Source: an uncultured Saprospiraceae bacterium
GTDB taxonomy: Bacteria; Bacteroidota; Bacteroidia; Chitinophagales; Saprospiraceae
DNA: 64,000 nt
Assembly (NCBI GenBank): GCA_937923485.1
Contig: CALDUE010000095.1
Coordinates: 619 to 64,618, forward strand
Direction: 5' to 3'
Shown here: one piece after another, positions 37,186 through 48,700 of the stretch
How positions within the stretch are numbered: the first letter of the stretch is position 1
Layout of the letters: each line of letters begins with the position of its first letter
Translations under genes and position numbers: made by a program
Notes under the pieces: model-generated
Database searches by the model: none
The model's input: the letters and a program-made list of their open reading frames with translations, nothing else
Told to the model about the DNA's origin: nothing

Positions 37186-38553
37186 CTACTTGATCAGCTT
37201 GCTCACTTTCTTTTTCTTGTCGCGGGTAGTCAACTTGCTTCTTACAAAGATCCCGACCTCTTCGCCTTGCTTAACACCTTCCCAAATAGCAGGTCCATAG
37301 TGGATGCCTCCATATAGTCTGGAAACGGCGGCTTCCTCACTTGCTTGAAAAAAGCTGTCATACTTGCGTGCGGCTAGTCCCCAATCGACCTCGACACTGT
37401 CCGTATAGTGGTAGTTTTCTCCAAACAAATCGGTCATAGCAACGGCTGCTGCTCGACTAATTACCGAGTGGCCGCTAGTGTACTCTGGAAAAGGTGGCGT
37501 TTGCAGAGCTGGCTGCCAGTCTTCGTCGATGTACTGATTGATAAGGGTCTCTGGACGAACCAGGTTTGATCTGTATTTCTCGTCCCAGCAACTAATAAAC
37601 CCGTCAGCTAACGAGAGAGAAATTCTTAGGTAGGTCTCTAGAGTTCTTGCAGCAGAAATATTCTCAGATTGAGCGACTGTTTTTGCGATGCCCATCCAAT
37701 GTCCACCTGGAGATATTTTTTTTGTTGCAAACATCACATGTCCGCGATGATGACTCACAAAAGGGTTGCAGTCCCAAAAGGAAGCAAGTTCAATTCTGCT
37801 CTCCGTGTCTTCATCAAGGGCATTGTATACCTCCAACAGATCGGTATAAAATTTACTTCCCTCCGTGAGGTCGAAAGTTGGTGGAGGGAGCGGCTTGAAC
37901 TGCTGTGAGCTATCGAGTAAGAATGGACGAATAGTCATCCAGTGCGGTTCGATACCATCCATGTAATCGGGTGGAGTAGGACGCCATCTCGAAATATCTG
38001 AAGTGATACTAAATTTCGGAAAAGTTCTGCTTTGCTTGTAGTTGTCTGTGTCTGCCCAAGCCAAAACAGCTTTCGAGACAGATTCGCCGAAAGAAACCGA
38101 GCGATCAAATACTTCTTCGGGCATTTTGATATCTCGAAATTGATTCTCCATGTCGGCGCGGAAGGCATCAATTTGATCCTCAGAGAAAATGAGCGCTTTC
38201 CCTGTTTCGAGTATAGCGACTGAGGCTGCTAAGGAGAAAGAATACTCTTTTCCCGCTTCAGGCTGTGGCATCTCAGGCATTTCATTGAGCTGATCTGAGG
38301 TGGTCAGGAATGCATCATCCAAATGACGACCAGCTTCGTACCCTGCAACACTAGCATAAGCGTAAATACGCGAAGCTTGGGGCGGACTAAAAATATCATA
38401 GACGATTACGTCTGTGACCTTTTGCATCGACTCGTGGATAGGTTCGGCTAAGTTTGCCTCAGTCTCCCATTCGGGATTAGTTGAATCACAACTAATGAAA
38501 GCGATGCTGGAGACAAGCAAGCAGAAACAAAGATCGAAATTTGGCATTTTCAT
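37186..38553 (-). CDS. PAP2-superfamily lipoprotein, vanadium-dependent haloperoxidase-like
   Basis: Lipobox FISCDS. KYRSNLVRP (Kx6RP), TSGHS and SRLYGGIHY match the acid-phosphatase/V-haloperoxidase motif set. Confidence 0.7.
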   Translation of the reverse strand: MKMPNFDLCFCLLVSSIAFISCDSTNPEWETEANLAEPIHESMQKVTDVIVYDIFSPPQASRIYAYASVAGYEAGRHLDDAFLTTSDQLNEMPEMPQPEAGKEYSFSLAASVAILETGKALIFSEDQIDAFRADMENQFRDIKMPEEVFDRSVSFGESVSKAVLAWADTDNYKQSRTFPKFSITSDISRWRPTPPDYMDGIEPHWMTIRPFLLDSSQQFKPLPPPTFDLTEGSKFYTDLLEVYNALDEDTESRIELASFWDCNPFVSHHRGHVMFATKKISPGGHWMGIAKTVAQSENISAARTLETYLRISLSLADGFISCWDEKYRSNLVRPETLINQYIDEDWQPALQTPPFPEYTSGHSVISRAAAVAMTDLFGENYHYTDSVEVDWGLAARKYDSFFQASEEAAVSRLYGGIHYGPAIWEGVKQGEEVGIFVRSKLTTRDKKKKVSKLIK

Positions 38554-38617
38554 AAGCAGGCTCTAAGATAGTGTTCATGCCTATGCATTGCACGGTCAGC
38601 CAATTGTAACGATACTA

Positions 38618-40042
38618 CTATTTAATCATCCACTTTGCCGCTTTCATAAAGGCCTGTTTGTAAGGCGCGTAGCGCGTTGGAATATTAAGCTTCGTGGTGC
38701 TGCGGACAATGCTACGTTGATTGGAAAAAGCTTTGAATCCCTCTTTGCTGTGATACCGTCCCCATCCACTTTGACCTACTCCTCCAAAAGGCAAATCAGG
38801 AACTCCTAAGTGGATAATGGTATCGTTGATACAGCCACCTCCAAAAGTGATTTCTTCAATGAATCGATTCGCGTTTGAAGTTGACTCGGTAAACATGTAT
38901 GCAGCCAACGGATTAGGATTTCTCGCGATAATCGCTTTCGCGTCGCTCCAAGTATCAAATTCTATGATTGGGAGGATTGGTCCGAAAATTTCAGATCTCA
39001 TGAGAGGACCATCTAAATCTGTAACCTTCACCAAGGTTGGCGAGATATATTTCGATGCTTTGTCCGATTCTCCTCCATGAAGGAGTTCACCACTGCCCGA
39101 TAGCTCATGTAAACGCTCAAAGTGCTGCTCATTCACAATCCTGGCAAAGTCAGGGCTTTCTTTCGGGTTCTCACCATAGGCCGAAACCAATGCTTGTTTT
39201 AGTGCTGAGACAGTATCAGTAAATACATCCCGCTGAACGAGCAGGTAATCTGGTGCAACACACGTTTGGCCTGCGTTAAAGCATTTACCCCAGACGAGAC
39301 GATCGGCTGTTACTTTCAATGAAGCATCATCCATAACGATAGCGGGGCTTTTGCCACCAAGCTCTAGCGTGCACGAGATTAGCTCTCTTCCGCAGCGTTC
39401 ACCTAAAATCCGACCTACTCGGGTACTCCCAGTATAGAAAACATGATCAAATCTCCCGCTGTCCATGAGGGTGCCAACTACATTGCTACCAGCACCTTGA
39501 ACGATCCGTACATGCTTGTCGTCAAAAGCTTCTGCGATTATCTCACCGATGAGTTGAGATACCGCAGGAGTATCCTCGGCAGGTTTTAGCACCACGCAGC
39601 ATCCAGCAGCTATAGCTGCAACAAGCGGCGCAATGGCTAGATTAAAAGGATAATTCCAAGGAGAGACAATGAGTACAACCCCTTTAGGGAAAAAGGTCGA
39701 TTCGGCAGAAGAAGGCCACAAGGCTACACCAACCTCTTTTTCGGAAGGTCGGGCCCAAGAATCTACATTTTCCAGCGTGTGGCTGATGTCCTGGTAAGCA
39801 AAGCCTATCTCACTTGTAAAAGATTCAAAAGCAGGCTTGTTGAGATCGTGAGCCAAGGCCTCAGTTAATCGCTCTTCGTATTTCTTGATGACCTCGCGGA
39901 GCTTCTTGAGCGCTTTCTTTCGAGCGTCTACTTTTCGCATGTTGCCTTGCTCGAAATAGCTCCTCAGTTCCTCATGGATGGACTTAGCATCACCTATAGA
40001 AAGGGATGAGGTATGAAAATTTGGTATTTCTCGTAAGGACAT
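38618..40042 (-). CDS. Aldehyde dehydrogenase (class 3 / fatty-aldehyde type)
   Basis: 474 aa; ELGGKSP and FNAGQTCVAPDY catalytic motifs. Confidence 0.92.
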   Translation of the reverse strand: MSLREIPNFHTSSLSIGDAKSIHEELRSYFEQGNMRKVDARKKALKKLREVIKKYEERLTEALAHDLNKPAFESFTSEIGFAYQDISHTLENVDSWARPSEKEVGVALWPSSAESTFFPKGVVLIVSPWNYPFNLAIAPLVAAIAAGCCVVLKPAEDTPAVSQLIGEIIAEAFDDKHVRIVQGAGSNVVGTLMDSGRFDHVFYTGSTRVGRILGERCGRELISCTLELGGKSPAIVMDDASLKVTADRLVWGKCFNAGQTCVAPDYLLVQRDVFTDTVSALKQALVSAYGENPKESPDFARIVNEQHFERLHELSGSGELLHGGESDKASKYISPTLVKVTDLDGPLMRSEIFGPILPIIEFDTWSDAKAIIARNPNPLAAYMFTESTSNANRFIEEITFGGGCINDTIIHLGVPDLPFGGVGQSGWGRYHSKEGFKAFSNQRSIVRSTTKLNIPTRYAPYKQAFMKAAKWMIK

Positions 40043-40203
40043 TTCATTTAGTTTTAAGTAGTAAACACCGCCAAAAGTCCGAATATTAGACTGGTTACTA
40101 ACAATGTGTGACCTGAAGGGTCTAAGATTCGTCTGAGAGCTTTAGGTAATAATACATTGCCTTTCAACAAACCAGAGACTTTCTTAAACAAACCAACCAA
40201 GCT

Positions 40204-41403
40204 ATGGATCAAGTTAAACTCTTTTTTACAGACCTTTCATCATCGATCGGTCTTCAACCTTCAGCCTTAGGAACAATAATTGGTGCGATTCTCTTACTCA
40301 TCGTTGGCTACTTTCTTGCTAAAATCATCTCGGGAGTTGTCCGTAAGGTGATCAACAGCACAGGCGTACAAGAGCGCGTTGATAGAGGAGCAAAAGGAAA
40401 AGGTGTAAACATTGGCAAGCTCGTTGGCAAGCTAGTCTACTATCTTCTCATGGTAGTCGTACTCATGGCCGTCTTAGACATGTTAGGAGTTACCGCTGCA
40501 CTCGAGCCTTTACAGAATCTCGTAAATAATTTTGTTGACGTACTACCTCAAATCGTTGGAGCAGGCGTTATTGCCTTCGCAGGCTACATCATTGCTACGC
40601 TTGTCAGTGAGCTAGTTTCACTAGCCGTCAGTGGTATTGAGGGTCTTTCAGACCGCTTCGGTCTTAGTGATTCTGTGAACTGGGCGAAACTCGCAGGACA
40701 GGTTGTCTTCGTAATCGTTTTCATTCCAATTCTAATCGCAGCGATTGACACACTCGGTATCGAAGCGATCTCAGGTCCGGCGATTAATATCCTTCAAGAT
40801 CTTTTGAACGCGATTCCAAAGATTCTCGCAGCTGGCATCATTCTCACGGTATTCTACTACCTCGGAAAATTTGTTTCTGGATTCATTGCTAACCTTCTGG
40901 ATGGAGTCAATGTTGACGGATTTGCTCAGAAGATGCAGATCTCAAACCTTATCGGGAACACTTCAATTTCTAAGCTAGTATCTGGCGTCGTGTTCTTTTT
41001 TATCGTCTTTAGTGGTGTTCTTACTGCAATTGATGTTCTAGAATTTGATAAGCTAGCTGTTTTACTTGACGAAATGTTCGAGATCGCTGTTCAGATCGTG
41101 TTCGGCCTAGTGATCCTTGCTATCGGTAACGTAATCGCGACTTACGCTGCAAACGCTATCTCAAGTAGTCAAGGGAGTTCATTCCTCGCATCGATTGCAC
41201 GCTTCGCAATCTTGGGTCTCTTTATTGCAATTGCACTTCGCACGATGGGACTTGCAGACGATATCGTAAACCTTGCATTTGGACTTACCCTTGGTGCATT
41301 GGCTGTTGCATTTGCACTCAGCTTTGGCCTAGGAGGTCGCGAAGCTGCTGGAAAGCAGATGGAAGCATTCCTTAGCAAGTTCAGAAACGAGGCTGGCAAG
41401 TAA
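40204..41403 (+). CDS. Polytopic membrane protein with repeated conserved-TM-helix modules; related to the N-terminal region of some MscS-family proteins, with no channel domain seen
   Basis: 399 aa of repeated helix-pair modules. Confidence 0.6.
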   Translation: MDQVKLFFTDLSSSIGLQPSALGTIIGAILLLIVGYFLAKIISGVVRKVINSTGVQERVDRGAKGKGVNIGKLVGKLVYYLLMVVVLMAVLDMLGVTAALEPLQNLVNNFVDVLPQIVGAGVIAFAGYIIATLVSELVSLAVSGIEGLSDRFGLSDSVNWAKLAGQVVFVIVFIPILIAAIDTLGIEAISGPAINILQDLLNAIPKILAAGIILTVFYYLGKFVSGFIANLLDGVNVDGFAQKMQISNLIGNTSISKLVSGVVFFFIVFSGVLTAIDVLEFDKLAVLLDEMFEIAVQIVFGLVILAIGNVIATYAANAISSSQGSSFLASIARFAILGLFIAIALRTMGLADDIVNLAFGLTLGALAVAFALSFGLGGREAAGKQMEAFLSKFRNEAGK

Positions 41404-41430
41404 GCCGCCGGGCTCAAAGAGCTTCTATTT

Positions 41431-41469
41431 AAGCCTAGTTGTCATTGGTTTGGCAACTAGGCTTTTTTT
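41431..41469 (+). terminator. Rho-independent terminator
   Basis: AAGCCTAGTTG-12 nt-CAACTAGGCTT followed by TTTTTG. Confidence 0.85.
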
Positions 41470-41535
41470 GTGCTCAGAGTGTTGCTACTATTGCAACCCC
41501 AGCCCAGGCTAAAATTTTCAACTTATCCAATCCCT

Positions 41536-42252
41536 ATGAAGATCGACATCCTCGCTATTGGCGTGCATCCAGATGACATCGAATTGTCTTGCTCCGGAGC
41601 TTTGTTTGCGCATGCGAAACAAGGTTATTCTTTCGGACTGCTTGACTTGACGAGGGGGGAATTAGGAACGCGGGGCACAGCTGAATCTCGTGATGCAGAA
41701 GCTGCTGATTCCGCAGAAATTATGGGGGCCAGCTTTCGCGAAAACCTAGCCATGGCTGACGGCAAATTTCCTGATGATGCCGAACACAAGACTCGGATTA
41801 TTGAGATTATTCGCTGGTGTAAACCTACGCTTGTCCTTGCTAACGCCCTTAACGATCGTCATCCCGATCACGGTCGTGCAGCCAAGTTGATCGCTGATGC
41901 ATGCTATTACTCAGGTCTGAGGAAATGGGAGACTTCTTATAAAGGTGAAAAGCAAGCGGCGCACAGACCGAGTAACGTCTTGCATTACATCCAGGATTAC
42001 TACCAGAAGCCAGATGTGATCGTAGATATCTCGGAACACTTCGAGCAAAAACTTGCTTGCATTAAAGCATATAAGACGCAGTTTTTTGATCCAGAAAGTG
42101 ATGAACCCGATACTCCGCTATCAGGCGCGGACTATTTCGATTTTATTGAATCGAGGGCCAGAGATATGGGACGCGTAGCCGGATATCCACTAGCAGAAGG
42201 CTTTCAACGCAGTAGAATTAATGGTCTAACAGACTTGATGACCTTAGACTAG
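41536..42252 (+). CDS. bshB1: PIG-L/LmbE-family deacetylase, BshB1-like (bacillithiol biosynthesis)
   Basis: AIGVHPDDIELSCSG and HPDHGRA motifs. Start set at MKIDILAIG (41536). Confidence 0.8.
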   Translation: MKIDILAIGVHPDDIELSCSGALFAHAKQGYSFGLLDLTRGELGTRGTAESRDAEAADSAEIMGASFRENLAMADGKFPDDAEHKTRIIEIIRWCKPTLVLANALNDRHPDHGRAAKLIADACYYSGLRKWETSYKGEKQAAHRPSNVLHYIQDYYQKPDVIVDISEHFEQKLACIKAYKTQFFDPESDEPDTPLSGADYFDFIESRARDMGRVAGYPLAEGFQRSRINGLTDLMTLD

Positions 42253-42262
42253 GCGATCAAGC

Positions 42263-42613
42263 TCACAGTGGGGTCTGACCAACTCTGTAACCCGGCTTGG
42301 ACTCCATACGATTCACCTCATCGACTGATCCCAGTCGCATGCGCAAGGGAATCTTCTTCTTATCAAGTTTATCGTCAAAGCGACAGAAAAAAGCTCTGTG
42401 CTCACCAGGCACCATCATCGATGATTGCTGGCTGCCTTGTGCGCTTGAATGCAATACTTGTGATCTTAGCTCTGCTAGACTAGGAATCGCAGTTGTTGTA
42501 GCTGTGTCAGGTGAAGTTAAATCTACCGCGGCGACAGGCTCTCCCTGGGCAGAAGCCCCAGTGGCCAATGCCAAAAGTGCTAATGCTGCAATGTAAATTC
42601 TAGTCTTCTTCAC
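42263..42613 (-). CDS. Hypothetical secreted protein
   Basis: A GTG start at 42613 gives VKKTRIYIAALALLALATGASAQ, a signal peptide. The longer 42673 start would overlap the upstream gene by 74 nt; the GTG start still overlaps it by 14 nt. Confidence 0.4.
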   Translation of the reverse strand: MKKTRIYIAALALLALATGASAQGEPVAAVDLTSPDTATTTAIPSLAELRSQVLHSSAQGSQQSSMMVPGEHRAFFCRFDDKLDKKKIPLRMRLGSVDEVNRMESKPGYRVGQTPL

Positions 42614-43805
42614 TATGGAAAGTGTTGTCTTCAGTGACAACGTCACTGTCAGGCTCAGATTGTAAGGTATCAAATTTTGACCCAGCGTACAGGGGAATTC
42701 TCCATAGTTCTACAGGAATACCACCATTATCTAATGGAATTTTGCGTTTTGGCGTAAGCTTCAAGGAATAAAGACCATCCATAAATCCTGAAACCACATT
42801 TGCTTCCCATCCTGACCAATAATGCTTGAGTGCATGACCGATGTCGCCGTACCAAGCAGCGCCTCTCTCGATGGAAAGTCGCTCGTCGTATGGAGGATTC
42901 ATGATCAGCTTACCCTTTTCAAAAGGCGCCGAGACCTTGAAAAAGTCGGCTTCGTGCAACTCAATTCTTTTGCTCAATCCAGACTGATGGATGTTTCGAT
43001 CTGCATATCGAATAGCCCTCCGTTCTAAATCACTCCCTATGATTGGTGCGATCTGTCCACGATGAACTCTTGATAGCGCTTGCTGACGAACCACTTGCCA
43101 GCGCTTCGCGTCAAAGTCTGGCCAATTCATGAAGGCGAAGAATTGTCTCTCATTTTGCGATGGAATATTCATCGCCATGCGTGCAGCTTCGATCAAAAAC
43201 GTTCCTGAACCGCACATCGGGTCAACCAGTGGGGTAGCGGCTGAGTATTCTGCAATGGATAGAATCCCAGCAGCAAGGACTTCATTAATTGGAGCTTCCA
43301 AGGTGCGGAGACGATAACCTCGCTTAAATAATGGGTCTCCTGTGCTGTCTAGCCAAACGCTGCCTTGGCCGTCGTGTACATAGGTGTGTACACGCAAATC
43401 TGGTCGATCTCGCTCAATGTTGGGGCGGGTTTCACCAACGCGGAGTTTGTCCACGATTGCATCTTTGGTTTTCAAAGTTACAATCATGGTGTTGAGTACC
43501 CATTCTGTTCTATTCGCCGTGCTTGTCACCCAGAACGTACCGTTTCTCGGAAGTATGCTTTCCCAGTCAAAATCGCCAATACCGTAGTAGAGCGCGTCTG
43601 GGCTACTTGCATCAAAATCTGCCAAGTGCTTGTACACGCGAAGACCTGTACGGAGTTCAAGGTTTGCTCGGTACATGAGCCTATCCGATCCTTCACAGAG
43701 CACACCCCTGCTAACTGCTTTCACATTTTCAGCTCCAAGAGCAGTGAGTTCATTAGCTAAAACCTGCTCGAGGCCCGTAAACGTTTTGATCAGGTACTTT
43801 TCCAC
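42600..43805 (-). CDS. THUMP-domain class I SAM-dependent RNA methyltransferase (RlmL/RlmK-like)
   Basis: 401 aa; DPMCGSGTF SAM motif and MNPPYDERL catalytic motif. Confidence 0.88.
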   Translation of the reverse strand: MEKYLIKTFTGLEQVLANELTALGAENVKAVSRGVLCEGSDRLMYRANLELRTGLRVYKHLADFDASSPDALYYGIGDFDWESILPRNGTFWVTSTANRTEWVLNTMIVTLKTKDAIVDKLRVGETRPNIERDRPDLRVHTYVHDGQGSVWLDSTGDPLFKRGYRLRTLEAPINEVLAAGILSIAEYSAATPLVDPMCGSGTFLIEAARMAMNIPSQNERQFFAFMNWPDFDAKRWQVVRQQALSRVHRGQIAPIIGSDLERRAIRYADRNIHQSGLSKRIELHEADFFKVSAPFEKGKLIMNPPYDERLSIERGAAWYGDIGHALKHYWSGWEANVVSGFMDGLYSLKLTPKRKIPLDNGGIPVELWRIPLYAGSKFDTLQSEPDSDVVTEDNTFHSEED

Positions 43806-43839
43806 GGCGTGAAGGTAAGAGCCTTTCTAAGGACTACTA

Positions 43840-43880
43840 CAAAAAAGTGCCGACACACAATTGAATGAGTGTTGGCACTT
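43840..43880 (-). terminator. Rho-independent terminator after the response regulator
   Basis: The minus strand reads AGTGCCAACAC-loop-GTGTCGGCACT followed by TTTTTTG. Confidence 0.75.
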
Positions 43881-43900
43881 AAAGTAAACTTAGAAGTCGA

Positions 43901-44620
43901 TTATCCTATTACTGCCTCAGAAGCTGAGCGCTCTTTCGGACTAACGAATTTGTAGCCCACTCCTCTTACACTTTGAAAGAACTTTGGTTCTTTAGGTTCT
44001 TCCTCAAAGTACTTGCGGAAGGAGAGGATGAAGTTATCAATGGTTCTTGTACTTGGATAAACGTCGTACCCCCAAACAGATTGAAGTATCTGCTGGCGAC
44101 TAACCACCTCGTTCTTACGGTCAACCAAAAGCTTGAGAAGCATCGCTTCTTTTTTAGTGAGGTTGATAGGACCGCGAGGGGTCTCAGCCTCATAGGTATT
44201 GAAGTTCACTTTGTTAAGACCAAACTCAATAAATTCAGTACTAGCGTTCTCCGTACCCTTTGAGCGGATTAATAGCTTATCTACGCGAAGCAATAACTCC
44301 TCGAGTTGAAACGGCTTAGCGAGATAATCATCTGCCCCTTTTTTAAGGCCGAGAATACGATCTGCTCCATCGGATTTTGCAGTAACCATGATGATGGGTA
44401 CTTGCTCATTTGTGAGCCGAACCTGTTCAGTAATTTGGAAGCCGTCCACTTCAGGTAGCATCACGTCTAAAATTAGGAGGTCGAAATGCTGTTCCTTGAT
44501 AGCTTTTAAGGCTTTTTTACCCGTGGAGGCTGTGACCACTTCGTAACCTTCAAGTTCTAGATTGAGCTTTACAGGTTCACGAATGCTTTGTTCGTCTTCA
44601 ACAAGGAGGATGCGGTCCAT
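43901..44620 (-). CDS. OmpR/PhoB-type response regulator
   Basis: Receiver domain (DLLILDVMLPEVDG) plus winged-helix C-terminus (VRGVGYKF). Confidence 0.93.
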   Translation of the reverse strand: MDRILLVEDEQSIREPVKLNLELEGYEVVTASTGKKALKAIKEQHFDLLILDVMLPEVDGFQITEQVRLTNEQVPIIMVTAKSDGADRILGLKKGADDYLAKPFQLEELLLRVDKLLIRSKGTENASTEFIEFGLNKVNFNTYEAETPRGPINLTKKEAMLLKLLVDRKNEVVSRQQILQSVWGYDVYPSTRTIDNFILSFRKYFEEEPKEPKFFQSVRGVGYKFVSPKERSASEAVIG

Positions 44621-44634
44621 AATAGTGGGTTGTA

Positions 44635-45675
44635 TTAAGAAACTTCCCCGAAAGGTAAACAGATATTGAAAACTGTGCCTCGAGGAATATTGTCTTCGAT
44701 ATCGACCTTGCCATGATGAGCTTGGACGACCTCGCTGACTATATATAAACCGAGGCCAGTGCCCTTTGTTTGCCTAGTGTCTTCATTTCCTACTCGATAG
44801 AACTTTTTCAAGACTCTTTTTTTCTCATCTTTCGGTATGCCAAGCCCATCATCTTTTACCTGAATCAGCACATTTTTATCCCGCTCAAAAACGCCCAAAC
44901 CTACGGTAGTGCCTGTTCCGAGGTATTTAATTGAATTTTCTAATAGGTTACTAAGTACTGAGTTGAGACCGTATAAGTCGCCAAGAATAGTAAGTTCTTC
45001 ACCATCGAGAATTAATTGAAAATTCACCTCAGGATATTTGATTTTTAGCCGATTTGTCCATTCTGTAGCGAGTACTCCAAGATCGACTGGTTCCATATTG
45101 GGAACGTATTTGGTATCGAGTTTTGCCGAAAGGAGAAGATCATCAACAAGTGAGGTAAGTCTATTAGTCTCTCCAATCGCATTATCACTCAGCTTGACAC
45201 GCATATTGTCTGGCAAGACACGTTTTTTGATCGTTTCGAGGGATAGTTTAATTCCAGCGATAGGGCTTTTTAGCTCATGTGTGATAGAAAGGAGAAAATT
45301 TCGCTGCTGTCGCGCTAGTTTGACTTCCCTCCTGTAGCTTCTATTCACAAGGTAGACGCCCAATACCAAGGTGATGATAAAGACGATCCCTTCTCCAAGA
45401 ATCATTATTTCCTGTCTGTGATATACGTTGTAGAGCTCTTGATATTCGTCGCTTGCGAAGAACTGAGCATCATTTTGAATGCGTTGCTCGGCAACCATCC
45501 CGATTTGCAGTAATTCTGCCTTCGCATCGAAAGCGTCTTGGTTTTTTAGGAATAGTAGAACGGACCACCATGTAAATGCAAGCAGCATATACGCGATGAT
45601 TGCGAGAGTAAATAAACGTAGTCGACTAACTTTTGTCACGATGTAAAGATAGAAGCCGCCTTTCGCATTCGTCAC
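44635..45675 (-). CDS. Sensor histidine kinase
   Basis: Two TM helices, H-box SITHELKSP, and N and G boxes (GTGLGLYIV). GTG start implied. Confidence 0.9.
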   Translation of the reverse strand: MTNAKGGFYLYIVTKVSRLRLFTLAIIAYMLLAFTWWSVLLFLKNQDAFDAKAELLQIGMVAEQRIQNDAQFFASDEYQELYNVYHRQEIMILGEGIVFIITLVLGVYLVNRSYRREVKLARQQRNFLLSITHELKSPIAGIKLSLETIKKRVLPDNMRVKLSDNAIGETNRLTSLVDDLLLSAKLDTKYVPNMEPVDLGVLATEWTNRLKIKYPEVNFQLILDGEELTILGDLYGLNSVLSNLLENSIKYLGTGTTVGLGVFERDKNVLIQVKDDGLGIPKDEKKRVLKKFYRVGNEDTRQTKGTGLGLYIVSEVVQAHHGKVDIEDNIPRGTVFNICLPFGEVS

Positions 45676-45741
45676 ACCTTATCGTAAAGGTATTGACTTT
45701 GCAAAAGGCGGCTACTAAAATTTCATCCAACTAATCGAAAA

Positions 45742-48700
45742 TTAGCGCTGCAGCACCACTCGCTTGGTCAATCGACCAGTTGGACCTTCAATCGTGAGCA
45801 TGTATGCTCCAGGCGACCAATCTGTCGCATTTAAGCGGAGGTTATGCCAAGAGTCTTGGGTTGCTTCTATTCGCCTTTCGGCAAAACTTCTCCCGGTGAC
45901 ATCTGTAACTCGAAGCACATGCTTTCCTGCCTTCGTTAAGTGAGCACTTATGGAGAGGTGATCATCAAATGGGTTCGGGAAGGCGTTGATTTCAGCAACA
46001 GAATCTTCATTGATCGCCGATTTCCAATTCAAGGCAAGTTGAGCAGGCTGAAGATCTTCAGCAGCATAACTTTCGTTTGGAATGTCACCATTGATCTGAA
46101 TTAGCTCACTGAGCAGACCTGACGTAGATGGCGTGAAACTCCATGTCATGATCGGTTCCCCTTGCAGCAATTCTTGAAGGACGATTATTCGGTTGGCACC
46201 ATCTACGACGTTAGAATAAACTTCAACGTTGCTGTCCGCACTAGCAGCTGATAGCATACCATTGGCGATGATAGAAAGTTGAAGACCTGCAATCACTGAT
46301 TGGTAATCGTTGCGAACGAGAATATCTACCGTTTCGCCTGCATTCACGTAAGCATCCTCAAGTTCAAGAACGCTCGCTCCACGTGGGCGCAAGAAGTCCG
46401 TTGGATTAACATCGCCTAGTTTTACCAGACTAATGTCTTGAGACATCATGTCTGTGCTCACGAAAGGGAATGAAGTTCCCCAGTTGTCGGCATCTGACCA
46501 TGGGGCATTTCCGTCACTAAATGGATGATACGCTCCAAAGGTAGTTGATTCGTACTGACCTGCAAAAGCTGCGTCCTGACCAAGAATTACTCTTCTAATA
46601 GCGGTCAAGTCAAAAGCTGATACACTACCAGATTTATTGACATCGGCTGCTAGTATAAGCAGTGGACTGTCGAGGTCATCGGTGCCTAACATGTGCTGAC
46701 CGATGCGGAGCATATCGTAAGTAGTCACTCGATCCGTCGGACGCATTGGAAGTTTTGCCGAAAGGCTAATTGCTCCAGGAGGAACATTAGAGAAGCTATA
46801 GTAGCCATCTGCATCTGAAAGTGTTTGTACAGAACCGCCACTGTAGGCAAGGTTCACAATTGTTTGATCCATTGCTCCACCGTAAAGGGGTGCATCAACC
46901 CGACCAGCAAGTGAGAACGGATCCATAGGTGGAGCAGTACAACTGTTTGCAATGATGATATTGAAAGTACAAGTGGTCTCCTCGTTGTCAGTATCAAAAA
47001 TGGTGATACTGTGCGAGAAGGTATCTGAAGGTCCACTGAAATCACTACACTCGTACGTAATCGGGAAAGAACTATCAAATTCGAGCGCTTCCACTGGGGT
47101 ACAATTATCTGAGAACTCAAACTGAGATAAAACTTGAGAAAGCGTAATCGTTATTGATGTATCTGAAGGTCTTAAAGAAAAATCTAAATCACGACAAGAG
47201 ATGTCTGGTGGATCCTGAACAATAATGTCACACCCTCCAATGTTACTGTTTCCTGCTCTATCTATTACTTCAAATAGGTATGGTTGAACCAATGGAAGAT
47301 CATTAGAGCAGTCAAAACTCAAATCGGTTGGACTTACGAGTGTGATCGAAACGATTTCACAGTTGTCCGTAGGGCGGAAAAACGTTCGTAACGAGTCTTC
47401 CGTAATTGATGCTACACCAGTATTGTCAAGCTCAAGGAATACAGTGCTGCAGCCTATGGTAGGTGACTCATTGTCAACGATATTGATAAAACTGGATACT
47501 GAATCCGTGTTACCACAAAGGTCAGTCGCTGTAAATGTTATCGTTGTTAAACCACTCAAATAGTTGCCTGCCGCATTCAGTGAATTTGGATCACCAGTAC
47601 CACCTAAAAATGGAGAGTCATTGGTGAAAGTGAATGTGTTAGCATCATTATTACAAGCATTGTTGCCCGCGTTAATCAACCTTGCATTTAAGTTGGTAAA
47701 GGTCATTTCACACTGGTTAAAGATCGTTCGATCACGTGGAGCTGCTAACTCTGGACCTACTGTATCCTTGACAACTAAAAGTTGCGTAGCAGTACCGATA
47801 TTACCACAACTATCTTGTAGCATAAAAGTGCGTGTCACGGTGCCTGCGCATCCTGGGTTTGCTGAATTCGTGAAGTTTCCTACAAAACTTAATGGCGTAC
47901 CACAGACGCCCGTACCGAACTGGCTCGGGGTGTAAGTTGGCATAAAGTCGAGTACATCTTGATAACAAAGGAAAGTGTCAGGAAACTCGGGTAAATTATT
48001 GAGGACAAGTGTCCCGCCACCATAAGTGATTGTTTGCGTTGCTGAAGAAACATTACCACACTGGTCTGTAGCTAAATAAACTCTCGTAAAGAATCCACCA
48101 CAAACTGAATTATTCGGGTCGGCCGTAGTTGATACCGTAAAGCTGATTGGCATCATAGCACAACTATCAAAAGCACTAATGCTTGCTGCTGTCATTTGCT
48201 CAGAAGGCAGATCCGTTTCACATTGAATCATGGTGTCCATCACACCGCTGAATACAGGTCCAGTTGTATCGTTCAGCATGAACATCTGGAATACGCTTCC
48301 TTGATTACCGCAACCATCCTGCAGGAAGTAGCCACGCAATACTTGTCCCGAACATCCTGGATCAGCACTGTGGTTTACGCTGTCGATTTGAAGTGCTGTT
48401 CCACAGAAACCAGTTCCAAAGAATCCTGGATCAGTAATTTGTGGTGAATCCAAGATGTCTTGGTAGCATGTAAATACCGTCGTATTTGCGGGTGGGGTAG
48501 TGAGCGTTAATGCGCCTACACCATCCCAAGAAATGGACTGATCAGCAATCACTGTATTGCCACAACCATCTGTTGCTGCATAGCTTCGAATGATAGATCC
48601 TGAACAGTTGGTATTTGTTGGATTTGCGACTTCGCTTACGATAAGCGTGTCGACACCACAGTTGTCAGAGACTGTAATGTTAGCTAAAGTCATAGCGCTT

